Below are positions 8,624 to 16,560 of a stretch of DNA of 32,826 nucleotides, piece after piece (position 1 is the first letter of the stretch; every line of letters starts with the position of its first letter). Source of the DNA: a virus (lineage: Duplodnaviria; Caudoviricetes); the IMG/VR virus record IMGVR_UViG_3300036779_000280, positions 1 through 32,826 of that record. The stretch is one strand, 5' to 3'. The position numbers and the translations under genes were made by a program. Under the pieces are notes generated by a model that saw nothing but the letters and a program-made list of their open reading frames with translations, searched no databases and was not told where the DNA came from.

Positions 8624-9097
8624 ATGTCACGTTTAATCAATCTCCTGATCGTCCACTGCGCCGCAACTGCGAACGGCAAAGCCCTGGGTAACGCCAAAGA
8701 GAACGCCGCCCAGGTTATCGACCGTTGGCACAAGGAACGCGGTTTCCACCGTGCCTCGCCGGGCAACAGCAACGGACTGACCAGCATCGGCTACCACTAT
8801 GTGATCGACACCGACGGCACCTTGCTGACCGGGCGCGATGAGTCCGAAGTTGGCGCACATGTGGCCGGGCACAATGCGACCTCGATCGGCATCTGCATGG
8901 TCGGCACCGACAGCTTTACGCCTGCCCAGTGGGCAACGCTCAAAAGCACCATTCTGCGTCTGCGCGACAAATACCGGAACGCGGAGATCAGCGGGCATAA
9001 CCAGTTCGCCAACAAAATTTGCCCCGGCTTCCATGTCCCTGACTGGGTCGATGGCGATTTCGCGCCGCTGCCGGGCCATATCGTCGACCCGCAGTGA
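8624..9097 (+). CDS. Endolysin, N-acetylmuramoyl-L-alanine amidase (Amidase_2, T7 lysozyme-like)
   Basis: IVHCAAT, IGYHYVI, GAHVAGHN..SIGIC.VG, GH and KICP Zn/catalytic motifs; no signal or SAR segment. Confidence 0.92.
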   Translation: MSRLINLLIVHCAATANGKALGNAKENAAQVIDRWHKERGFHRASPGNSNGLTSIGYHYVIDTDGTLLTGRDESEVGAHVAGHNATSIGICMVGTDSFTPAQWATLKSTILRLRDKYRNAEISGHNQFANKICPGFHVPDWVDGDFAPLPGHIVDPQ

Positions 9098-9354
9098 TGA
9101 CCTTACTGCGTCTGCTGGAGCTTATCAGCAATCCGCACGGGCGGATCTCGACGTCGGATACCACGGTGGTGGGTGCCTTTGTCGTCAGTTCCCTGGTGCT
9201 GCTGTGGTGCGCCTTCACTCGCCAGATTAATGACCTGCTGTTTGGGGCCTATCTGGCAGCGTGGGTGGCACAGAACCAGGCGTCGAAATTTGCTGCCCTG
9301 AAACGTGACCGAGAGGTGCCCAAAGATGGCAATCGTCCTAACGACGCTGGCTAA
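9097..9354 (+). CDS. Putative holin (DUF2644-like, two TM segments)
   Basis: ELISNP.GRISTS motif, two hydrophobic segments, charged C-tail; TGATG overlap with endolysin. Confidence 0.65.
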   Translation: MTLLRLLELISNPHGRISTSDTTVVGAFVVSSLVLLWCAFTRQINDLLFGAYLAAWVAQNQASKFAALKRDREVPKDGNRPNDAG

Positions 9355-9943
9355 GCGCCTGGCTCCCGGTATCGCGGGGTGTCTGGCTCTGGGGGCTGCC
9401 GGATGGTTCCTGCACCACCAGGGCTATGGCCAGGGGTATGACCTGGCCGAACTGCGTTACCAGGGAAAACTCAGCCGACAGCAGTCCGACTGGGAGTCCG
9501 AACGCCGCCAGGTTGCCGAGAAAAATCAGGCCGTGCTGCAGGCCGCGCTGGACAAGCAGGCGGAACTGGCCGAACAGGCGCGTTTGTTGAGCCTGAGCCT
9601 GGAAGCTTCGCAACGGCAGCTGGCCACCACCCAACAACAGCTTAAAAAGAGGATCGCCCATGCCGTACAAACCGACGGTCAACATTTTACTGGTCTTGGC
9701 CCTGACAGCCTGCGGCTCTACCGTGCCGTCCTTGGCTACCCCGACGCCGGTGCTGCAGGTGTGCCCAACGCCACCGGCGGCAATGCTGAGCATTCCACCG
9801 ATGCCAACGCCGCCAGGGGAATAAGCCCCGGCCCCTTGCTTGACCATGCTACCGAGTACGGAGCCTGGTGCCTGACGCTACGTAACAAACTGGAAGCCCT
9901 TAATGCCTTTTATACATCAGGGAGCGCAGCTCATGACGACTGA
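9326..9943 (+). CDS. Rz: i-spanin (Rz-like)
   Basis: N-terminal TM segment, long Q/E/A-rich coiled coil, embedded lipoprotein gene in +1 frame; GAGG RBS before ATG 9326. Confidence 0.8.
   Translation: MAIVLTTLAKRLAPGIAGCLALGAAGWFLHHQGYGQGYDLAELRYQGKLSRQQSDWESERRQVAEKNQAVLQAALDKQAELAEQARLLSLSLEASQRQLATTQQQLKKRIAHAVQTDGQHFTGLGPDSLRLYRAVLGYPDAGAAGVPNATGGNAEHSTDANAARGISPGPLLDHATEYGAWCLTLRNKLEALNAFYTSGSAAHDD
9660..9824 (+). CDS. Rz1: o-spanin lipoprotein (Rz1-like), embedded in Rz
   Basis: AGAGGA RBS; MPYKPTVNILLVLALTAC lipobox followed by Pro-rich mature peptide, 54 aa; absent from the ORF track. Confidence 0.85.
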   Translation: MPYKPTVNILLVLALTACGSTVPSLATPTPVLQVCPTPPAAMLSIPPMPTPPGE

Positions 9944-10175
9944 TATGGCGTTCAACATTGCAATCGGGATCATCGCCTTTTTGGGCGGACTGTGGGTACG
10001 CACCCTGCAGGAAGATATCAAGGGTGTACGTGGCGATCTGGTTAACGTTCGACAGGACTATCAGCGCCGTGAAGATGCACAGCGCGACATGACCTTAGCC
10101 GTCGGCATGATGCAGGACATCAAAAGCAGCGTACAGCGCATAGAAAACAAACTCGACCGGAAGGCCGATAAATAA
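9933..10175 (+). CDS. Membrane-anchored coiled-coil protein (Mu gp25-like position)
   Basis: GGGAG RBS; N-terminal TM then heptad-like helix. Confidence 0.7.
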   Translation: MTTDMAFNIAIGIIAFLGGLWVRTLQEDIKGVRGDLVNVRQDYQRREDAQRDMTLAVGMMQDIKSSVQRIENKLDRKADK

Positions 10176-10186
10176 ACGAGAACATC

Positions 10187-10414
10187 ATGGCCAGAAAACA
10201 CAGCACCCGCCGTACCCGTTGCAACCGCATTGCGCCCGAACTGGCCGAACTGCGAAAAATCAGCACCCAGCTCGACAGCATCGAGCTGCGCCTGGACACC
10301 ATGCAGAGCGCCGCCGTGAAAAGCGGAGCCATCGCCGGTGCGGCGGCGGGCGCGGTCACTGGCGGCATCGTGGCAGCGGGTCTTGCCATGATCAAGGCTC
10401 GATTGGGGTTTTAA
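10187..10414 (+). CDS. Hypothetical protein with C-terminal Gly/Ala TM segment
   Basis: Coiled coil then GAIAGAAAGAVTGGIVAAG; TAATG coupling to next gene. Confidence 0.7.
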   Translation: MARKHSTRRTRCNRIAPELAELRKISTQLDSIELRLDTMQSAAVKSGAIAGAAAGAVTGGIVAAGLAMIKARLGF

Positions 10415-10914
10415 TGGCGCATCCAAAGGAAACCCGCGACGCCCTGCGCAGGGCTTATGTCTTCAGCAGCGTTTCCCTGGAAAACGCGGCGAAACCGCTC
10501 GGCGTCAGCAATGCCACAGCCACCCGCTGGAAAAAAGACGCCAAAGAGAACGGCGACGACTGGGACGTTATTCGCAGCGCCAACATGTTGGCCAGCGGTG
10601 CGCCGGAGGACGTGGCCCGCTCAATCCTGGCCAGCCTGATGACCCAGTTCCAGGCCACCCTGGAGAAGGTCAACAGCGCCGACGATATCCCGGCCCAGGA
10701 ACGCGTCACGCTGCTGGCATCCTTGACCGACGGCTACAGCAAGGCCATCGCGGCCAGCAAGAAGATTTTGCCGGAGACCAGCCAACTGGCGACGTCGATG
10801 GAAACCATGAAGCTGTTTTCCACCTTCATCCAGGAACATTACCCCCAGCATTTGACGGCGTTCGTCGAAGTGCTGGAAGCCTTCGGGCCAATATTGGAGA
10901 AAAACTATGGCTAA
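10414..10914 (+). CDS. DUF1804-family protein, putative terminase small subunit
   Basis: MAHPKETR..LR..YV, HTH, RWK..A...GDDWD..R.A motif; upstream of terL. Confidence 0.8.
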   Translation: MAHPKETRDALRRAYVFSSVSLENAAKPLGVSNATATRWKKDAKENGDDWDVIRSANMLASGAPEDVARSILASLMTQFQATLEKVNSADDIPAQERVTLLASLTDGYSKAIAASKKILPETSQLATSMETMKLFSTFIQEHYPQHLTAFVEVLEAFGPILEKNYG

Positions 10915-11107
10915 TAAACTGATTGACCTGACGGCAGATACCACCGTCCGGGCCGACGAGGTGACCAAGGTCTGGGTCAGCAATAACGGCGAGGTGTTCG
11001 TCAAGCTGCGCGAAGGCGCAACCCATACCGTCGATCGCCAATACGGCGAAACCGCTTACCAGACGTCAACGCGCATCAAGGCCCAGATAGAGGCGGCGCT
11101 GACATGA
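10907..11107 (+). CDS. Small hypothetical protein (paralogue of next gene)
   Basis: GGAG RBS; 66 aa; KLIDL....VRADEVTKV. Confidence 0.75.
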   Translation: MANKLIDLTADTTVRADEVTKVWVSNNGEVFVKLREGATHTVDRQYGETAYQTSTRIKAQIEAALT

Positions 11108-11322
11108 AGCAACTGATTGATGCCGGAAATGGCGTGTATGTCGATCCTGCCGAGGTCAGCGCCGTTATGACCGACATTCAGGGGCGTGTCTGCATCCTGT
11201 TGCGCGGGATTTCTCAGCCGCTTCTCGTGCGTTGTGAGTCTGGTGCCACTGCCGATGTGTTGGCGCAGGCGCTTACCGCTCGCATCAATGCGGTGATGGC
11301 AGAACGCCATAACGGCGTTTAA
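11104..11322 (+). CDS. Small hypothetical protein (paralogue of previous gene)
   Basis: GAGG RBS, ATGA overlap; QLIDA....VDPAEVSAV. Confidence 0.75.
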   Translation: MKQLIDAGNGVYVDPAEVSAVMTDIQGRVCILLRGISQPLLVRCESGATADVLAQALTARINAVMAERHNGV

Positions 11323-11352
11323 ACCGTATTTACAGGGTATTCAGGGCGAGAT

Positions 11353-12993
11353 ATGGCGGCTAAATTTTCCATTCGTGAGTTCCAAAAATCGCTGGCCGAA
11401 CTAGCTTCCAGCCTGCGCCGGACGATTGAAGCGGAGTGCATCGGCTTCGATACCGGCGCGGCGGCAACGAGCGAGCGGCGCCAACAGGTTGCTGACCCAC
11501 AGAACGGCTACCGCTATTTCGTGCAGACCTACTTCCCGCACTATGTCCGCCACGCTGACCCCAGCGAGCTGCACGTGTACCTGTTCAACCGTCTGCCGCA
11601 AATCGTGGCCAGCCCCAAGGGCGAGCAGGATGCCATCGCCGCCCCCCGAGGCGAAGCCAAGTCGACGCTGGTCAGTCAGTTATTTGTCTTGTGGTGCATT
11701 ATTCGCGCTATCAAACGCTATCCGGTCATCATTATGGACAGTATCGACCAGGCGTATCCGATGCTGGAAGCTATCAAGGCGGAGCTGGAGTTTAACCCGC
11801 GTCTGCTGGCCGATTTTCCGGAAGCGTGTGGCGCAGGCCGCGTGTGGCAGATGGGCACCATCCTGACGCGCAACGACATCAAGGTACAGGTCGCCGGTAG
11901 CGGTAAAAAGCTGCGCGGCTTGCGTCACGGGCCATACCGTCCCGACCTTGTGGTACTCGATGATATCGAGAACGACGAACAGGTGCGCAACCCCGACCAG
12001 CGCGACAAAGTCGAGAACTGGTTAAAAAAGACCGTGCTGCCGCTGGGCGGTGCCGGTGCCAAGATGGACGTCGTCTACATCGGCACCATCCTTCATTACG
12101 ATTCGGTGCTCTCCCGCACCCTGCGCAATCCGCTGTGGCGTCATGCGCGGTTTAAAGCCCTGCGCCAGTGGCCCGCCAATATGGCGTTGTGGGATACCTG
12201 GGAAGAGATCCTGCGTAACGACGGCGAAGATGCCGCCAACGACTTCTATACCCTGCACCAGACAGATATGACCGAAGGCGCGGTGGTGTCCTGGTCGGCG
12301 CGTCCGCTGCTGGCGTTAATGCTTATCCGTGCCCGTGATGGCCATGGCACCTTCGATTCCGAGTACCAGAACGATCCGGTCAGCGGTGAGGGCGCGATAT
12401 TCGCCCATTGCATTCATTTCTGGGTGAATCGCCTCAACGAATGGCTGTTTTACGGCGTGTGCGACCCCAGCCTGGGCAAGGCCGGTGCCAGCCGTGACCC
12501 TTCTGCGCTTCTGGTGGGTGGTTTCAACCGTGGCACCGGCATTCTGGACGTGGTGGAAGCCCAAATCCGCAAGCGTCTGCCGGACAAGATCATCAGCGAC
12601 ATTATCGACCTGCACATCGAATATCGTTGCCTGGTCTGGGGCATTGAATCGGTGCAGTTCCAGGAGTTCCTGCGCACCGAGCTGGTCAAACGATCGGCGG
12701 CATTGGGGTACCCGGTTCCGGCGCGGGCCATCATTCCCCATGCCGATAAGTTGCTGCGCATCGAGACCCTGCAGCCCCACATGGAAAACGGCCTGATCCG
12801 CTTGCATTCCACACAGAACACGTTGATCCAACAGTTGCGCCACTTTCCCAAGGCTGACCATGACGACGGCCCGGATGCCCTGCATATGCTGTGGAGTCTG
12901 GCCGTCAGCAGTACGCCGTCGTTTGAGTTCCGTTCCGCTACTTCATCCCGTGGCCGTCGTGGGCGCGGGGGTTTTTCTAAAGGAGGCTGGTGA
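11353..12993 (+). CDS. terL: Terminase large subunit (Mu gp28-like)
   Basis: AAPRGEAKST Walker A-like, DLVVLDD Walker B, CDPSLG and HDDGPDAL nuclease motifs. Confidence 0.93.
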   Translation: MAAKFSIREFQKSLAELASSLRRTIEAECIGFDTGAAATSERRQQVADPQNGYRYFVQTYFPHYVRHADPSELHVYLFNRLPQIVASPKGEQDAIAAPRGEAKSTLVSQLFVLWCIIRAIKRYPVIIMDSIDQAYPMLEAIKAELEFNPRLLADFPEACGAGRVWQMGTILTRNDIKVQVAGSGKKLRGLRHGPYRPDLVVLDDIENDEQVRNPDQRDKVENWLKKTVLPLGGAGAKMDVVYIGTILHYDSVLSRTLRNPLWRHARFKALRQWPANMALWDTWEEILRNDGEDAANDFYTLHQTDMTEGAVVSWSARPLLALMLIRARDGHGTFDSEYQNDPVSGEGAIFAHCIHFWVNRLNEWLFYGVCDPSLGKAGASRDPSALLVGGFNRGTGILDVVEAQIRKRLPDKIISDIIDLHIEYRCLVWGIESVQFQEFLRTELVKRSAALGYPVPARAIIPHADKLLRIETLQPHMENGLIRLHSTQNTLIQQLRHFPKADHDDGPDALHMLWSLAVSSTPSFEFRSATSSRGRRGRGGFSKGGW

Positions 12994-14576
12994 TGCCTAC
13001 ATTAGTCGATATTCACGGCAATCCCCTGTCATCCGGGACGCTTAAACAGCAGCAGTCAGAGACCAGCGGGAGTTACCTGCGTCGCCAGTGGGCGGAGCAT
13101 CCTTCTCTGGGTATTGATATTCGTCGGCTGTACCGTATTTTTCAGGAGGCTGAACAAGGCAACCTGACCCGCCAGGCGGATTTCTTCAGCGACATGGAAG
13201 AACGCGATGGTCACCTGTTTGCCGAACTGAGCAAGCGCCGCCGGGCGGTGATGCCGCTCAACTGGAGCATTGAGCCGCCCCGTAACGCCAGCGCCCGCGA
13301 GAAGGCCATGGCAGCGGAGGCCACCGAATGGTTCCAGGACTTGCCGGACTTTGAGGCACTGGTGTTCGATATGCTGGACGCCATCGGGCACGGCTTCTCC
13401 CCGGTCGAGCTGGAGTGGGAACGTGCCGAGGGGATCTGGTTGCCCAAAGCCTTCCATAAGCGCCCGCAGCGCTGGTTCCAGACACCTCAATTCCAGGGTA
13501 ATACCATTACGCTGATTGACGGCTCCCAGGACGGCGCACCGCTGCAGCCGTTCGGTTGGTTATTACACAAGCACCGCGCCAAGAGCGGCTGGTTGGCCGA
13601 AAGCGGCCTGTTCCGTGTTCTGGCCTGGTCGTATCTGTTCAAGAACCTGTCCGCCCGTGACTTGGCCGAGTTCCTGGAGATCTACGGCTTGCCCATGCGC
13701 GTGGGTAAATACCCGTCCGGCACCACCGAAGACCAGAAAGACATCCTGATGGACGCCATCATGAGCCTGGGACACGACGCGGGCGGCATTATCCCCGATG
13801 GCATGATGATTGATTTCCAGTCTGCAGCTGAAGGCCAGGTTGATCCGTTCCAGTTCATGATCGAGTGGTGCGAGCGTACCCAGTCAAAAATCATCCTGGG
13901 CGCGACGCTGACCGCGCAGGCCGACGGCAAGAGCAGCACCAACGCCCTGGGCAACGTGCATAACGAAGTCCGCCACGACCTGATGGCCAGCGACGCTGTA
14001 CAGCTGGCGGGCACCTTGACCCGCGAGCTGCTGTACCCGCTGCTGGTGCTCAACGGCTACGGCGATATCACACCGCGCCGGATGTGCCGGTTTAAATTTG
14101 ATACCCGTGAACCGGAAGACCTGACCCAGACCGCCGCCGCCATTGACCGGCTAGTCCGCGCCGGGGTGCCGGTCACGGTGGACTGGGCATTGGAGAAAAC
14201 AGGGATGCCCGCCCCGAAAAAAGGCCAGGTACTGCTGCAGCCCCTGACCGCCAGCCCGTTCGGCGCGGTGGGACTGAGTCAGTCCGCTGCCCTGACACGA
14301 CTGGCGGCGCTGAATACTGCCGGGGCAACGGTGGAAGACGACCCCGTCCAGGTGGCGATTGATGATGCACCGCCGTCTGTCGCCGATGCCGTTGGCCAGG
14401 CCATGGACAAGATGCTATCGCCGGTGATTGCCGCGCTGGGCCAGGGGTATTCGCCAGGTGAGGCTATGGCCATGCTGGCAGAGTCCTACCCGCAACTGGA
14501 CGACAGCGAGCTGCGCCAACTGATTGCCCAGGCCATTTTTGTGGCAGATGTGTGGGGGCGACTCAATGGACGTTGA
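12993..14576 (+). CDS. Portal protein (Mu gp29, DUF935)
   Basis: DMEERDGHL.AE..KR, FLEIYGLPMRVGKY, SK.ILG.TLT, LGNVHNEVR motifs. Confidence 0.93.
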   Translation: MPTLVDIHGNPLSSGTLKQQQSETSGSYLRRQWAEHPSLGIDIRRLYRIFQEAEQGNLTRQADFFSDMEERDGHLFAELSKRRRAVMPLNWSIEPPRNASAREKAMAAEATEWFQDLPDFEALVFDMLDAIGHGFSPVELEWERAEGIWLPKAFHKRPQRWFQTPQFQGNTITLIDGSQDGAPLQPFGWLLHKHRAKSGWLAESGLFRVLAWSYLFKNLSARDLAEFLEIYGLPMRVGKYPSGTTEDQKDILMDAIMSLGHDAGGIIPDGMMIDFQSAAEGQVDPFQFMIEWCERTQSKIILGATLTAQADGKSSTNALGNVHNEVRHDLMASDAVQLAGTLTRELLYPLLVLNGYGDITPRRMCRFKFDTREPEDLTQTAAAIDRLVRAGVPVTVDWALEKTGMPAPKKGQVLLQPLTASPFGAVGLSQSAALTRLAALNTAGATVEDDPVQVAIDDAPPSVADAVGQAMDKMLSPVIAALGQGYSPGEAMAMLAESYPQLDDSELRQLIAQAIFVADVWGRLNGR

Positions 14577-15828
14577 CCTGGGGTTCGCTATGACCCTGCA
14601 GCCGGAGAAGGCGATCGCCTACTTTGAGTCGAAGGGTTACACCATTGGCTTCAACTGGCACGACGTGAGGGATTCAGCCCATGCCACTGCCTTTACCGTG
14701 TCCGGTATCCTGAAGCTGGATGTGCTGACCGATATCAGCACCGCCCAGGGCAAGGCACTCAAAGACGGCAAATCCCAGGCCCAGTTCAAAAACGACCTGG
14801 TGCCCGAACTGGCCCGCAAGGGCTGGATTGGCAAGGGACTGAAAGCCTCCCCGGATGGCGAGCTGGAGGGCAAGCAGTTGCTGCCGTATCGGCTGGACAC
14901 CATCTTTCGCACCAACATGCAGTCCAGCTATATGGCCGGGCGTTACCAGGGCATGATGGAGAACGTGGCGTTCCGCCCGTACTGGGAGTACAGCGCGGTG
15001 ATGGATTCACGTACCCGCCCATCCCATGCCTCGCTTAACGGGCGCGTTTACCGCTATGACGATCCGTTCTGGGATACCTTCTTCCCGCCAAACGGCTACA
15101 ACTGCCGGTGCACCGTTCGCGCTCGCAGCGAACGCGACATGGCCAACCACCCGATCGGCGTCGAAGCGACGGACGACCGTCTGGAGATTATCCAGCAGCC
15201 CTATGGTACCGACGGTAAAACCCGCCCGGTGACAGCCTATCAAGACCCCAAGTCCGGGCGGCTCTTTACGCCGGATGCCGGATTCCACCTCAACCCCGGC
15301 AAAGGGTACATGCAGGAACTGGGGCAGCAGCTGCTGCGCAAGGGCGACACGGCACCGCCGCCGCTTACGGCCCAGGCGGTAAAAACGGCATTTTCCGCCC
15401 CGCGTGAGCTGGAGACCTTTACCCGTGACCTGTCCGACTGGGTACGCCGTGCGGCAGCCGACCCGGCACTGCGCCAGGACTGGCGTTATGCCGGAGCCTT
15501 GTTGCCGTCGGTGTTGGATGCGCTGCAGGCTGCCCCGCAGAGTGCAGCCATTACGCTGACGGGCGCGGCGGTACGTGATGCCGGGAACGTCTCACTGTCC
15601 AATGCCTGGCTACGACTGCCCGCACTGCTGGCGCATCCCGATGTGGTACTGCAGGGAACCAATGGCAACCTGGTCTATGTTGTGACGCAAAGCGGTACGC
15701 CGCGTGCTGCGAGGGTGGGTTTTTCGGCAGGCAAGCCTGTAGTCAAAGAGACCTGGATGCTGTTTGACGGTGATGAGGCGGAGCTGATGCACCTGCCTGT
15801 CCTGGTGGGGGAATGGCGCGATGGCTGA
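14566..15828 (+). CDS. Head morphogenesis protein MuF (gp30)
   Basis: RLDTIFRTN...Y.AGRY, D.RTRPSH..L.G, FFPPNGYNCRC; start at ATG 14566. Confidence 0.92.
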   Translation: MDVDLGFAMTLQPEKAIAYFESKGYTIGFNWHDVRDSAHATAFTVSGILKLDVLTDISTAQGKALKDGKSQAQFKNDLVPELARKGWIGKGLKASPDGELEGKQLLPYRLDTIFRTNMQSSYMAGRYQGMMENVAFRPYWEYSAVMDSRTRPSHASLNGRVYRYDDPFWDTFFPPNGYNCRCTVRARSERDMANHPIGVEATDDRLEIIQQPYGTDGKTRPVTAYQDPKSGRLFTPDAGFHLNPGKGYMQELGQQLLRKGDTAPPPLTAQAVKTAFSAPRELETFTRDLSDWVRRAAADPALRQDWRYAGALLPSVLDALQAAPQSAAITLTGAAVRDAGNVSLSNAWLRLPALLAHPDVVLQGTNGNLVYVVTQSGTPRAARVGFSAGKPVVKETWMLFDGDEAELMHLPVLVGEWRDG

Positions 15829-16303
15829 GTTGTTTATTGAGGTGCCCGACACGCTGCGACTTGCTCTGGAGCGCATGGTGCGCCAGCTTGGAAACCGCCA
15901 GCCGCTGATGCGGGCCATCAGTGAGGATATGCTGGACGCGGTGATGGAAAATTTCGCGCAGGAGGGGCGGCCCAAGTGGCTCCCCATCCAGCGGGCGGGT
16001 AAGATACTCCAGAATACCCGCCGCCTGATGTCGTCCATCGACAGCGACGCCGACAACAATATGGCCGTGGTCGGCACCAATGTGGTGTACGCCCGTATCC
16101 ATAACGAAGGCGGGAAAACCCGCCCGCATGTGATCCGCCCCCGCTATAAGCAGGCGCTGGCCTTTAACGGTCGGGTGGTTAAAAAAGTGAATCACCCCGG
16201 CTCGGTTATCCCGGAGCGGCGGTTTTTGAGCCTGACGGAAAGCGATCACGAGACCATCAATCACACCATCCAAGATTACCTGGACAGTGCGCTGGATGAT
16301 TAG
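15821..16303 (+). CDS. Virion morphogenesis protein (Mu gpG/gp31)
   Basis: NFAQEGRPKW, VGTNVVYARIHNEGG, IPERRFL motifs. Confidence 0.9.
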   Translation: MAELFIEVPDTLRLALERMVRQLGNRQPLMRAISEDMLDAVMENFAQEGRPKWLPIQRAGKILQNTRRLMSSIDSDADNNMAVVGTNVVYARIHNEGGKTRPHVIRPRYKQALAFNGRVVKKVNHPGSVIPERRFLSLTESDHETINHTIQDYLDSALDD

Positions 16304-16362
16304 CGCCTGTGAACGCCTTCACGTGAATAACAACCTGAATTAATACGATGTTACCACCCCAG

Positions 16363-16403
16363 CCCCGTTAATCGCTTATACGGCGATTTAAACGGGGTTT
16401 AAA
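16363..16403 (+). terminator. Stem-loop in G-I intergenic region (putative terminator)
   Basis: CCCCGTT-AATCGC / GCGATT-TA-AACGGGG hairpin followed by only TTT. Confidence 0.45.
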
Positions 16404-16478
16404 GGGGGTATCGGTCGCCACGTTTGCCTGTTATCTTCTTTTCTCCGCGCTCTCCCTGTTTCACCTCCACGATATTAC

Positions 16479-16525
16479 CCACTACGCCCCGGTCACTGCT
16501 TGCTGTTTTCCCCTCCCGGTAAAGT
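16479..16525 (+). promoter_or_regulatory. Late promoter 2 (PI-like)
   Basis: CCACTACGCCCCGGTCACT + 22 bp + TAAAGT (-10). Confidence 0.8.
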
Positions 16526-16560
16526 GCTGCCTATCAGCCACTTTAGGGAATGACCACTCC

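Noticed and set aside
15400-15828. MuF C-terminal polymorphic toxin domain
   Set aside because: Total length is similar to ordinary Mu-type F proteins, no catalytic motif recognised and no immunity ORF between F and G
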